From Sedimentisphaerales bacterium (GTDB lineage: Bacteria; Planctomycetota; Phycisphaerae; Sedimentisphaerales; SM23-30), in the NCBI GenBank assembly GCA_963666285.1, contig OY762711.1: a stretch of DNA of 64,000 nt; one strand, 5' to 3'. The position numbers were made by a program, and so were the translations under genes. Position 1 is the stretch's first letter. Every line of letters begins with the position of its first letter. The notes under the pieces are model-generated. The model did no database searches, was not told the origin of the DNA, and worked only from the letters and a program-made list of their open reading frames with translations. Below, piece by piece: positions 31,916 to 42,100 of the stretch.

Positions 31916-32077
31916 GATTATCTGTTATAATTATCAGGGTAGTTCTGAGTCGGATATCAAAATCAAACAAACGGAAATAATAATTTTTTGATGCTATTAT
32001 TTGCTGATAGTAGCCTGGTGACAAAATGATAAAATTCAAAGTATGTTTTGAAATTAATATTCTATGAAAAATAAACA

Positions 32078-32114
32078 TTTTTGAGCAGGATTGGGATATT
32101 CCGTGCGTAACTAA
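32078..32114 (+). promoter_or_regulatory. Bipartite motif copy 4
   Basis: TTTTTGAGCAGGAT-N15-GTAACTAA; both boxes identical to copy 1. Confidence 0.65.
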
Positions 32115-32163
32115 AATGCATAAGAAAACATCAATTAAACTTTTAACAATAAGGAGATATATA

Positions 32164-32568
32164 ATGTCAACAGCTAGTGAACTTGAAAAGATTTGTCTTT
32201 ATGTAAGCAAACGCATGCTGCAGGGAGCCGATGAAAGTGAATTGCGGGAAGAGATGAAAGAAATAGGTTTTTCAGATGATCAGATAGACGGCCTTTTCAA
32301 TGGATGCCGTGAGGGCATAAGAAAGGCTTTCGATGATACAATAGAAAGCGGAGTCGACCGTGCTTTCAAACGTTTTCGCGAAGAGCATCCTGTTAGACCT
32401 GGTAACCGGTTTTTAGTTCGTATTCCGGCCCTGTTAGCCGGCGCTTTCCTGGTACTGGCTTCATTTGGAGGTTTTATGGAAGGTGAAAACGTAATGGCGG
32501 CATTTATAGTATTATTACTAGGCCTGGGAGGAATTTACCTCTTTTACAAGCTGAGACCTGAAGCTTAA
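32164..32568 (+). CDS. Hypothetical protein with two C-terminal TM helices
   Basis: ATG 32164 with AAGGAG RBS within ORF 32116..32568. Confidence 0.75.
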   Translation: MSTASELEKICLYVSKRMLQGADESELREEMKEIGFSDDQIDGLFNGCREGIRKAFDDTIESGVDRAFKRFREEHPVRPGNRFLVRIPALLAGAFLVLASFGGFMEGENVMAAFIVLLLGLGGIYLFYKLRPEA

Positions 32569-32638
32569 AGCAGGATTTTTGAATCTAATGTGTTTTGATT
32601 AACCGTTTATTATAAAACTAATATTAAGGAATTATACC

Positions 32639-33064
32639 ATGAAATATGTGATCAATTTTAACAACTCGTTTAAGGCAGATAAACTAGGTATGGCAGGTAG
32701 GGCTTCAATAGATATAAATGATGAAGCAATATCAATTACGGGTGTTCGCCAAAAGCTTGGCCTTCCAAAAACTTTATTTTTACTTTCTTCTTGTGCCTTG
32801 GGTATCTATCTGATGGTTTCATTAAATCTGAATAATACTGTGTTTCATGCAATGATTGGTGGAGTTGCAGGTTCTGTCTGTTACACGATGTTCAAGCAGT
32901 CTACCGTTACTTTTGACAGAACTACAGTTGAAGATCTTAAGAGAGATAAAAAAACGATCCAGTTCAAAGCGGTTGAACAGGATAATGATTCATCAGTAAA
33001 AATAAGGTTCAAGGCAAAAACAGAAGAAGAAGCAATCGCAATTGAACAGGCTCTTGCATGCTAA
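32639..33064 (+). CDS. Hypothetical 141-aa membrane protein, paralog of 24645..25070
   Basis: Same length and colinear with 24645; AAGGA RBS. Confidence 0.78.
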   Translation: MKYVINFNNSFKADKLGMAGRASIDINDEAISITGVRQKLGLPKTLFLLSSCALGIYLMVSLNLNNTVFHAMIGGVAGSVCYTMFKQSTVTFDRTTVEDLKRDKKTIQFKAVEQDNDSSVKIRFKAKTEEEAIAIEQALAC

Positions 33065-33109
33065 TTGAAAAAATATTCATAATTAGTTACTGTTGTGAAA
33101 ACTGCCTTT

Positions 33110-33270
33110 TGGTAAAACGCCTAAATGGGCCTTTCTGCAGCACATTGAATTAAATATACTGTCGAGAAATGTCTCGAAAATATAATTATATGTAAGTGTT
33201 TCATTCGCAAGGTCCTGTTCCGACCTTTGCGTGTAATGTTGATCAGTCAAAAGTGCGATACCGCACAATT
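33110..33270 (+). repeat. Repeat family A, diverged copy 2
   Basis: Shares CGCCTAAA.GGGCCTTTCTGCA and CCTTTGCGTGTAATGTTGA.CAGTCAAAAGTG with the other copies. Confidence 0.75.
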
Positions 33271-33284
33271 AAGGAGATGTAAAA

Positions 33285-33896
33285 ATGTTAAAATCGACTT
33301 TGAGAATAGCAATAATGTCAATTATTGGAGTTGTTAGCCTGTTTGTAGCAATAGCAGCAGCTATAAACATTAACGAAGAAATTATTGAAAATAGCGATCA
33401 CGCTATAGAAAATAAAATAGCTCATCTTCAAGGTTATGAAAGTGATTACCTTAGGCTAAAAGAAAGACTTCCTCTTGAGTCGGCAAATAACGCAGACAAA
33501 GATATGCCAAAGGTTGTGTTTTTATGTATGCAGGATAGCAATAATCCTGGTCACAGTAAAATTCTGCGTCCCAGGAAGGTAGACCCTATAACAGCAAAGT
33601 TGCCGAATCCACTGTTTCCAGAAGATGTTGATACTATTACAAATGTAGTTTATACATATTGGGGTGAAAAACAGGTAGGGAAATATGATAACGGAGCCGC
33701 AGGGATGGTAGATACCTGCTTGATCAAAATCTTTGATGCCTTTACCGGAAAATTAATTGATGAGAAGCTGATTGTTGGACAAAACCCGCCTCAGCGTATA
33801 TCTGATTATAAAAATGGAAAAATTTATGGTCGTGTCTGCGACCAGGAAGTTATTGACTATGTAGCTGGTAAACTGAATGTTGGCCGGACAATATGA
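33285..33896 (+). CDS. Hypothetical exported or membrane-anchored protein
   Basis: N-terminal hydrophobic helix; AAGGAG RBS. Confidence 0.72.
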   Translation: MLKSTLRIAIMSIIGVVSLFVAIAAAININEEIIENSDHAIENKIAHLQGYESDYLRLKERLPLESANNADKDMPKVVFLCMQDSNNPGHSKILRPRKVDPITAKLPNPLFPEDVDTITNVVYTYWGEKQVGKYDNGAAGMVDTCLIKIFDAFTGKLIDEKLIVGQNPPQRISDYKNGKIYGRVCDQEVIDYVAGKLNVGRTI

Positions 33897-33982
33897 TATC
33901 TGGATTCTTTTATATTATAAGGTATGATGCTCGAATAAGGATATTAGCTAACTGCAAATCACATCACAATAGTGCAGCAGGT

Positions 33983-34016
33983 AAAAAGGACTCACGATTT
34001 ATCGTAAGTCCTTTTA
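33983..34016. terminator. Probable terminator between convergent genes
   Basis: AAAAGGACTCACGAT-TT-ATCGTAAGTCCTTTT hairpin. Confidence 0.6.
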
Positions 34017-34101
34017 TACTAATAACGCATATCTGGAAAGATTCGCCTTTATGTTTTGGGAATATAAGTATGTTTGTTAGTTGTTATGAGACCGGCTTGT
34101 C

Positions 34102-37100
34102 CTAATAACCAGAAACTGTGAAACTGCCACAGTTTGTACCTTCGGTATATGTTTCATTCAGGTATAATCCATCAACGGCTGTTCCGGTCGAACTGCCTCC
34201 ATAATAAACGTCATATGTGCCATTAACAAGTTCGGGCGTAGATATAACTACTGATTGAAATGTCTTTGCCGGCACAAAACTCAGGATTGGATCTCCATCG
34301 CTCGATTGAAAATGTAATAATGTACCTGCTGAAACTGAGGACCTGAAGGTCAACAGTACCGAGCCCTGGCTTGAAGATGAGTCGGGTGATTGTGCCATAC
34401 CAGAGCTGCCGACTGCCACCAGTGTTCCACCGGATATTAAGAATGAACCATGGTCCAGGGCGGCATTTGCACTGGACGTCGGCCCGTGAACAATTACTAT
34501 TCCATCGGTCATGACAATTGATCCGTTGGAATCAAGACCGTCACCTTCGGCATAAACTGCAAGATAGCCGCCGTTAATATATAAATAACAGTCACTGACA
34601 GTTTCGTTGCCGAATCCTCCCATTCCCATTGTATCACCACCGCCGGCTACGCTGATACCGTCATCGCTGGATTCAACATGGATCGTACCGTCGTTTATGA
34701 CTACATCTCCGTCAGCACTTTCCAGCCCCTCATATGATTTGGTAATATCAATTTCTCCGCCATTAAAAACCAGGTCAGCCTCTGCGTGAATTCCGTCATC
34801 AGCAGAAGAAATGGTCATAACTCCTCCGTTAATGTCAATACTTCCGTCTGAATGGACCGCGTCATCGGCAGAGTCAACTGTTATGTCTCCGCCGTTTATG
34901 ACTATACTTTCGGTTCCCTTGATTCCTTTTGCTGATATTGAATCACCTACCTGATAGCTGCTACCGTCACCGGAGGTAATATATATTTCACCATCGGTGA
35001 TTACTACGTCTGTTCCTCCCTGAATAGCATCTCCATCGGAAACTACTTCTATTGCACCATTTTTTATAGTGAGACTTTCACCTGATGTTATGCCGTCGTC
35101 ACTCGAGGATACATAGATGTCTCCGTCAGTAATTACGATTGTTGTGCCTTCAATCCCTTCGTATGATTTAGTAATATCAATTTCCCCACCATTAACTTCC
35201 AGGGTCGTTTCTGCATGAATTCCGTCATTGTCAGAAGCAATAGTTAATGTGCCGCCATTTATTTGCAGGCTTCCATCCGAGTCGATGCCATCATCAGCAG
35301 ACTCTATTTCGCATGCTCCTCCATTAATTTCCAGGGTGGTCTCTGCGTGAATTCCGTCTATGCCGGAAGCAATTAATAATGTACCTCCGTTTATTTGCAG
35401 ACTGCCATCTGAGTCGATGCCGCTATCGGCGGAGTCAATTTCGCAATTTCCACCGTCAATGATTACGCTTATATTTGCCTTTATACCCTTGGCTGAATTA
35501 CTTTCATCAATATCGCTTCCGCTTCCGCCTCCGGAATCAATAGCAATCTCGCCATCGGTAATATAGATACTTGTTTTTGCCTGAATAGCATCTCCGCTCG
35601 CAACAATATCAATTATGCCGGATTCTATAGAGATATAACCCAAAGTTGTGTCACTGTCATTATCTGATTTCAAACCGTCGCCTCCGGCATTAACTGTAAT
35701 ATCTCCATCCTGGATAACAATATAATTTTTACCCCTTATTCCGTCATCTACCGCATTTACCTCGATTGTACCGCCGGCGATAACAAGTCCGTCTTTACTG
35801 GCAATGCCGTCATTGTAATTTCCATTGACCGTTAATGCTCCGTCGCCATATATTGTTAGATCATCCTTGCTGAAAATAACCGCATTAGGCTCATCCCCAT
35901 CGGTATATTCTGATATTTCCGTCCTTCCGTCTGATACATAATTTTCAGTATTGGCTGCGAGGTCGATAATCGTTTTTTCTGCATTTTTTATAAAGACTGG
36001 AGCGCTCGAAGAACAACTGATATCGGCACCGTTCAGGATTAGCCTGACTGTATCATAATCACCCGAATCTACTATTATCTGTCCGTTATCCAGGCTGCCG
36101 CTTATGCTGTATGCCCCCGCAGCTGTTATAGTGACTTGGCTGCCGCTGACAGTTGCACCATAGCCGGTTACAGATATCGAGTCTCCGTCCAGGTATATTG
36201 GAATAACATCTGATGAATCCCAGATGTAATCATCCGTACCTGTACCCCAGATAACACTGCCTGTGCTGTCGATTAGAATATCTGAATCTTCTAATGGCGG
36301 GTCATTTGGCCAGATGTTGCCAATTGCATAAACACTTGCTGTTCCGTAATGGGTAATCGATACTCCGGTTACCCCGGAAAAATCGTTATCGCCTGGATCA
36401 GATCTGGTTCCCAGGTCTGGGTTGCCGCTGTCAATTCTGATAGCATTATTACATATAAAAGTATTATCGCGCACGCTTGGCTGAGCAAAGGAAGAGCATA
36501 CCCGGATTGCACCGTAGCTGTAACCGTCAGGCAGGTTGAAAGTATTGCTGGTGATCTGTGGATACCCGCTCTGCACCTGGATACCGGCTTCGCCGCTGCC
36601 CGTAATTGTATTGCCGCTGATAGTCGCGTTTGTTGCAGGTCCCTCTACATAAAGAGGTATGGCTGAGGAACTAAAAATATTATTGCGAATAATTGGGCTG
36701 TCCGAACAGTAGTAAATATAAACGCCATATGAGTTACTAGCAAATACATTATTTTCCACCACGGAAGTGCCGTCATTTCCCAGGTACACTCCTCCATATG
36801 TATTACTTATGAATGTGTTATCGGAAATCTCCATTGTCACTCCGTCCACATAAATTGCCATGTGTCCGGCAATACTGGTATCCTCACCGATTTTGATTCC
36901 TGAAACCCTGGAATCTTCAGCGCCTATTATTGTAACCGTATCGCTGTTTGCCGTCTGGCCGTAGCCGTTAATGACTGTCGGTGTTGTACTGGCTCCTTTA
37001 TTAGCCACATCTCCGATAAGGGTCTGGTCGTTCTTCAGCTCCAGTGGAAATACTTCTCCGTTTGCCTGATCATATGTTCCTGGCAGAACCTGAATGACCG

Positions 37101-38241
37101 AATTCTCACCTGATACACTCAGGGCATAACTAATTGTCTTATAAGGCAATGCCTCTGTCCCGTCATTAAGATCGCTTCCGTTAACAGCGTCTACATAATA
37201 TGTGTTGACAGTAGTGGAGCTGATAAAAAGACTTTCTCCGAGAACTCCTGTTCCGGCTTGGGAAAACGAACCTTTACTGCTTATAACTTCGCCGTTAATT
37301 TCGATTTCGGCATTGAATGAAACATTAATCTTTAGATTTATCGAGAGCCCATATTTTATTTTGGCTGTAACCTTGATTTTGGTGATAGAAACGCTGGTAT
37401 TCGAAGTGCCGGTTACTTCATCCTCAATTACATCGGTCAGGAAATTCTCAAATTCAGTTTGATCCAGAGTTGCTTCAATTTTACCATTGGTAACAGAATA
37501 GGCTCCGGTAAATTCACGGGACTCATCGTCAATCGCAACGAACTCATTTTCCGCCAGGTCGTTACTGCTGTTTGGGCCAAAGATTAAATCGAGACTACCG
37601 GAATCGCTTATTTTGCCTAGACCTTTAATGCTCGCTTTACTCGTGGTAGAGACTGACCAGTGCGAACCGGCTCCGGTCATTTCGATCACTCCGGCACTTT
37701 TGCTGCTGATAGAAACCTTGCTTACTAAAGCTTGACCATTAACGGTCAGGTCTGCGTTAGCTTTGATTGCCATATTTAACTTCATGGATATCCCGGCAGA
37801 GGTGGATTTGGGCTTTGCTGTATTTTTGATCGCTGTAACTTCTACGCTGTTGACCGTTACCGTATTGCCAGCTTCTGTTGCGGCACTTTGGATTTTAGCC
37901 TTGATATAATCCTCCAGTGATGTTGTGTCCGGCATAAGAATTTCATTTGCCTTGGCATCTGTGGCATAATTACCATAAAATGAGTCGCCTTCAGGGTCAA
38001 CTGCCAAAAATTCTCCTTCGGATAGTTCAATGTCATCATTCGGGCCAAAATATAAATTCATTGCCCCATTCAGCTTGAGCTTGCCAACTTTCGCAGCATT
38101 TACCGCCAGCGAACCGGTCAGCTCCCAACTGGAACCGCCTACATCGATTGGCATAGACGCAGCCTGAACTTTATCAACTGAGACCGACAATATTGCCGAC
38201 GAAAATAGACATAATAATGATATAATGGACTTATTTATCAT
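34102..38241 (-). CDS. Secreted protein: duplicated N-terminal domain + DUF1565/right-handed beta-helix + DUF4353 (Cthe_2159-like) carbohydrate-binding beta-helix
   Basis: Signal peptide from ATG 38241 (GGAG RBS); YYVDAVNGSD.NDGT...PYKTI..AL...PGTY....GE.FPL; ITAAGAYSISGSL..GQI, SKDDLTI.G.G.L.V.GNYNDGI.SKD, repeated DDGIHA..I.GG units. Confidence 0.85.
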   Translation of the reverse strand: MINKSIISLLCLFSSAILSVSVDKVQAASMPIDVGGSSWELTGSLAVNAAKVGKLKLNGAMNLYFGPNDDIELSEGEFLAVDPEGDSFYGNYATDAKANEILMPDTTSLEDYIKAKIQSAATEAGNTVTVNSVEVTAIKNTAKPKSTSAGISMKLNMAIKANADLTVNGQALVSKVSISSKSAGVIEMTGAGSHWSVSTTSKASIKGLGKISDSGSLDLIFGPNSSNDLAENEFVAIDDESREFTGAYSVTNGKIEATLDQTEFENFLTDVIEDEVTGTSNTSVSITKIKVTAKIKYGLSINLKINVSFNAEIEINGEVISSKGSFSQAGTGVLGESLFISSTTVNTYYVDAVNGSDLNDGTEALPYKTISYALSVSGENSVIQVLPGTYDQANGEVFPLELKNDQTLIGDVANKGASTTPTVINGYGQTANSDTVTIIGAEDSRVSGIKIGEDTSIAGHMAIYVDGVTMEISDNTFISNTYGGVYLGNDGTSVVENNVFASNSYGVYIYYCSDSPIIRNNIFSSSAIPLYVEGPATNATISGNTITGSGEAGIQVQSGYPQITSNTFNLPDGYSYGAIRVCSSFAQPSVRDNTFICNNAIRIDSGNPDLGTRSDPGDNDFSGVTGVSITHYGTASVYAIGNIWPNDPPLEDSDILIDSTGSVIWGTGTDDYIWDSSDVIPIYLDGDSISVTGYGATVSGSQVTITAAGAYSISGSLDNGQIIVDSGDYDTVRLILNGADISCSSSAPVFIKNAEKTIIDLAANTENYVSDGRTEISEYTDGDEPNAVIFSKDDLTIYGDGALTVNGNYNDGIASKDGLVIAGGTIEVNAVDDGIRGKNYIVIQDGDITVNAGGDGLKSDNDSDTTLGYISIESGIIDIVASGDAIQAKTSIYITDGEIAIDSGGGSGSDIDESNSAKGIKANISVIIDGGNCEIDSADSGIDSDGSLQINGGTLLIASGIDGIHAETTLEINGGACEIESADDGIDSDGSLQINGGTLTIASDNDGIHAETTLEVNGGEIDITKSYEGIEGTTIVITDGDIYVSSSDDGITSGESLTIKNGAIEVVSDGDAIQGGTDVVITDGEIYITSGDGSSYQVGDSISAKGIKGTESIVINGGDITVDSADDAVHSDGSIDINGGVMTISSADDGIHAEADLVFNGGEIDITKSYEGLESADGDVVINDGTIHVESSDDGISVAGGGDTMGMGGFGNETVSDCYLYINGGYLAVYAEGDGLDSNGSIVMTDGIVIVHGPTSSANAALDHGSFLISGGTLVAVGSSGMAQSPDSSSSQGSVLLTFRSSVSAGTLLHFQSSDGDPILSFVPAKTFQSVVISTPELVNGTYDVYYGGSSTGTAVDGLYLNETYTEGTNCGSFTVSGY

Positions 38242-38919
38242 TGTATCTCCCATTTTATGCAGCAATTGGTAATGACACCTCATATACACCAAATCATTAA
38301 ATCCGTGTTGCTGAATAACTGTTTAAATTATATAGGTTTTCTTGGTATTGTTATTATTTTTACATTTAAAACTGTAATAGTCGCTCTTAAAAGCCTATGA
38401 AAAAGTGATAAGTAATATGCTGGTATGTAATAAGTTAAGGTGTTTGTATCGCTCAAACATAAACTTATATTTTATCTTTTTACTCTTGCATATGCCGAAC
38501 AGTCAAAAGTACTAAGCATACTATTGATATTTTCATGAATTTAATTCACAGGCAGGCAGTCAAAGGCAGGTAGCATTTTGCCGTCACGCAATTTTCCTCT
38601 CTACACAAATAAAACGACAACGAGTTTATTAACATGCGGGAAAAATTAGAGAAATGTTAAAAAGAGAATAGTAATAAATGGTTAAGGCCGGGTTGCAACT
38701 TTGGCCTTGTGCTTAAACGCCTGGTGTACAATGCTTTAGCTTGTCTGGGAGAAGATGTTTCCTAAGGTTAGATAAAAATAATATTTTTTGTAATGATCTT
38801 GTTTATAAGTGTTTATGTTATTTTTTAGGCTGTTTGTATAAAAAACTTTGGTGTGTTTTTGTAAAATGTGGAATATTAATATAATAGACTTGCTATTATT
38901 TTAGTTAACTTGTGTAATT

Positions 38920-39130
38920 TTTAAGCTGCAAGTAACGAAGTGCCGCAGGTGTTCGCTCAAATGGGCCTTCCTGCTGCGTATTGAATTTAAACAAAAAGTG
39001 GGACGATAAGTGAATACCTTATTTTTCATTTTCACTATTCGTTTTTCACTAAAATTGGTCTGGTGCAGGCCTTTACGGATAATATTGTAAAGTCAAAAGT
39101 ACGCCTTGTGCAAGATTGAAGCATAAAGCG
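38920..39130 (+). repeat. Repeat family A, diverged copy 3
   Basis: GGGCCTTCCTGC..TTGAATTTAAACAAAA..TTTTCACTATTC..GGCCTTTACG..AGTCAAAAGT..GAAGCATAAA. Confidence 0.75.
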
Positions 39131-39156
39131 TTCTTTTTAATATGTAAATTTAATGC

Positions 39157-39684
39157 ATGGATGTTGATAAGAAACAATATATAAATCTATTAACTGCCAA
39201 TTATTGCAGGATAAGCTCTTATATATCATGTCTGGTGCCTAATCATAATGATTCTGAGGATATTTTACAGGAAACAACATCTGTAATGTGGGAGAAGTTC
39301 GATTCATATGAAACGGGTACCGATTTTTTAGCCTGGGCTTTGGCAATAGCGAGATACAAGGTTTTAGCCTATCGGAGGGATAGGGCCAGAAGTAAAGTAC
39401 AGTTCGATGATAATGTGATAGAGTTGATAGAGAATGCCAGTAAAATCAAACGGATCAAAGATAATTCCGCCAATAAAATTAGTTTTCTAAAGGAGTGTGT
39501 CGGTAAGTTATCTGAAAGAGAACATCTGCTGATAAAATTAAAGTTTTCCCATAACTACACAAATAAAAAATTAGCAGGTAGGGTAGGTGTTTCGGTTAAT
39601 ACTATCAGTCGCCATTTGTCAAAAATCTATCATAATTTACTTTCCTGTGTAAATTATAAAATGGGGGCATCGAATGAGTTATAA
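39157..39684 (+). CDS. ECF sigma-70 factor, Rhodopirellula/Verrucomicrobium type
   Basis: LVPNHNDSEDILQET..MWEKFDSYE.GTDF.AWA..IARY.VL motif. Confidence 0.9.
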   Translation: MDVDKKQYINLLTANYCRISSYISCLVPNHNDSEDILQETTSVMWEKFDSYETGTDFLAWALAIARYKVLAYRRDRARSKVQFDDNVIELIENASKIKRIKDNSANKISFLKECVGKLSEREHLLIKLKFSHNYTNKKLAGRVGVSVNTISRHLSKIYHNLLSCVNYKMGASNEL

Positions 39685-41356
39685 CTATGAAAAGTACAGG
39701 AAAATAAGGGTTCTGGTTTGCGAACTCAATGAAGGTTTAGCCTCTCCTGAAGGAATGGCAGAATTGAATAGTATTTTGGCAAATGATCCTGAAGCTGTTG
39801 AATACTATGTTGATATTATCGATTTACAGACCTATGTTAGATCTATTCTTTCAGATTCAGCTATTGAAAGCACGGTTGATGTAGCTTCGGATGACATGGT
39901 TGAATTGATGCTCTCTTTAGTTGAGAATGAAAATAATGCCTGTCCTATTGAGTTTCCTGAAAGTATTATTGATAATGATGAGCAGGTGGTAAAAGCCAAA
40001 AAAGAAGTGCAGAAGATCAGGAAGTTTTATCGTGTTTACAGTACGATAGTTTCGATAGCAGCAGTTCTTATGGTTATGTTTATTGTGTATGCTAATCTTT
40101 TCCCTCCACAATATACAGTTCCGGTCGCTACTCTTGTTGATCATATTGACGCACAATGGAATAACACATCTGATAAGTTGAATGTAAATGATAGAATTCT
40201 GATAAATCAGCCTTCATATATACTTGATGGAGGTATTGTAAAAATATCTTATGATGATGGTGTAGAGCTGATTATTGAAGGGCCTGCTGAATTTACAATT
40301 GAAAAAAAGGGGATTAGCTTAATCTCTGGCAGTTTGTTTTCGCATGTGCCCAGATCAGGAATTGGTTTTACTGTAAATACTGCTAACGCGCGGTTCATTG
40401 ACCTGGGAACTGATTTTGGAGTATACGCCGGGAGTAACGAATCGTCAGAACTGCATGTGTTAAAAGGTGAAGTGCAGTATTGTTCATGTTTTCCTGATGC
40501 GAAGAATAGCAGTAAGACTATAAAAGAAAACAATGCGAGAAGATTTATTGCACAGGCTAATAATATTGAGGTTATTCCTGTTGCGGTTGATTATTTTGTT
40601 TGCCAAATGGATTCCCAATCAGGTGTTGTCTGGCGAGGTCAGAAAGAGATGGATCTCGCTGACATTGTAGGGGGAGGAAATGGTTTTGGAACGGGTCAGC
40701 TGAATGCTACTATAGGGACAACTGATGGTGTTATGAGTGTTAAACGTCGGCAGGATATAAAATTATCAGAAAAAAAGGGAGATGGCAAATATCATCTTGC
40801 TTCTAAAGTAAGGTATGTTGATGGTGTATTTGTTCCTGATATATCTACTCAGATAAGCTCAGATGGTTATGTTTGTAATGATTTCCCGGATACTTCCGGC
40901 TTATATTCATGTGATCTTTTGTTTGGGTCTGTATACTGGCCTGCCAGGCCGTTGGTGTTAGATGGCATTGAGTATGGTACAGATCGGAACCATTCACTTT
41001 TTATGCATGCAAATCTTGGTGTGACATTTGATTTGGATGAAATTAGAAGTGATCTGAAAGGTGTAAATATCAGGGAGTTTCGTGCCCGGGCCGGCATAAG
41101 TGAAAGTGCAAATGGTCTTGATTGGGCAAATGTTGATATCTGGATTTTTTTAGATGGTGAATTAGGTTATAAAAAACAGGAAATTAAGAGGGGGCAAATT
41201 GAAGATATATTTGTTGTGATCCCCGATCATACGAGGTTCCTGACGATTGCAGTGACAGAAGGCGGGGAGCATGATCCTGCAGTACTAACAAAAAAAGTCA
41301 GTAAAGTGTCGTCAGACTGGTGTGTGTTTGCAAATCCTGTTTTAAGCTTCGAGTAA
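39674..41356 (+). CDS. FecR-like anti-sigma factor with C-terminal NPCBM/NEW2-like domain
   Basis: Overlaps the sigma stop; one TM; EGPAEF, GFTV.T....IDLGTDFGV..ELHV.KGEV; C-terminal MHANLGVTFDL...FLTIAVT...DWCVFANP. Confidence 0.82.
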   Translation: MSYNYEKYRKIRVLVCELNEGLASPEGMAELNSILANDPEAVEYYVDIIDLQTYVRSILSDSAIESTVDVASDDMVELMLSLVENENNACPIEFPESIIDNDEQVVKAKKEVQKIRKFYRVYSTIVSIAAVLMVMFIVYANLFPPQYTVPVATLVDHIDAQWNNTSDKLNVNDRILINQPSYILDGGIVKISYDDGVELIIEGPAEFTIEKKGISLISGSLFSHVPRSGIGFTVNTANARFIDLGTDFGVYAGSNESSELHVLKGEVQYCSCFPDAKNSSKTIKENNARRFIAQANNIEVIPVAVDYFVCQMDSQSGVVWRGQKEMDLADIVGGGNGFGTGQLNATIGTTDGVMSVKRRQDIKLSEKKGDGKYHLASKVRYVDGVFVPDISTQISSDGYVCNDFPDTSGLYSCDLLFGSVYWPARPLVLDGIEYGTDRNHSLFMHANLGVTFDLDEIRSDLKGVNIREFRARAGISESANGLDWANVDIWIFLDGELGYKKQEIKRGQIEDIFVVIPDHTRFLTIAVTEGGEHDPAVLTKKVSKVSSDWCVFANPVLSFE

Positions 41357-42004
41357 ATATATTTTGGGTCAAGGAGGCAAGTATTCCCAATGCCAGGTTG
41401 TTGCCGAACTTATGGAGCTTCTTAATAAGAAGCGGGCAGATGTAAGGATTACTGGTACAAGTGTCCAATAGATAGATTAACACATGAATCAGAAATAATA
41501 AAATTTAATTTTGTCATGAATGACAATATTGCCAAGATCAATAAACTGGAATCAGCACTTATTGCACTTACTTACTTTGATTTTTTTCAGCTTTGCGTCA
41601 ACGGTGTAATGGGTTGATTCCGGTTTTTCCTGGCAAAAGTTTTTTACTCAAAATTATCAATTAGTGTCTATATATTGCAGCAGTATGTGTTTTGGCACTC
41701 TATTATGTTAATAGTTTGATTTAGTCTGCTGATACGCCGCTTCCTTTCCCTAATGTCGAAGATCCGCTTCAGAATGACCAGGTCCCTTATCTTAATAATG
41801 CTGTTTTCTGGTGCAGGACAATGATAATACTTGAAGTTTAATGCTGTAATGCTCTTATTTGCAAGTGTTTACGTGGGTTGTGGGGTTGGTCTCGTAAATG
41901 TCTTTTGTGTGTATTAGTTCTTTTCTGCTCTTCTTTATATCCAATCTTTTTGTCTCCGGTGGTATGATTTCTACCTTGAAAATTATATTATAATTTTTTT
42001 CATA

Positions 42005-42041
42005 TTTTTGCGCAAGATGTGGGTTTGGCATATGTATCTAA
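42005..42041 (+). promoter_or_regulatory. Bipartite motif copy 5
   Basis: TTTTTGCGCAAGAT-N15-GTATCTAA, 60 bp upstream of ATG 42101. Confidence 0.6.
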
Positions 42042-42100
42042 TTGTGGTTAACCAAATATTTGATGTAAAAATGAAAATACTTATTCAAGGAGAATTAATT

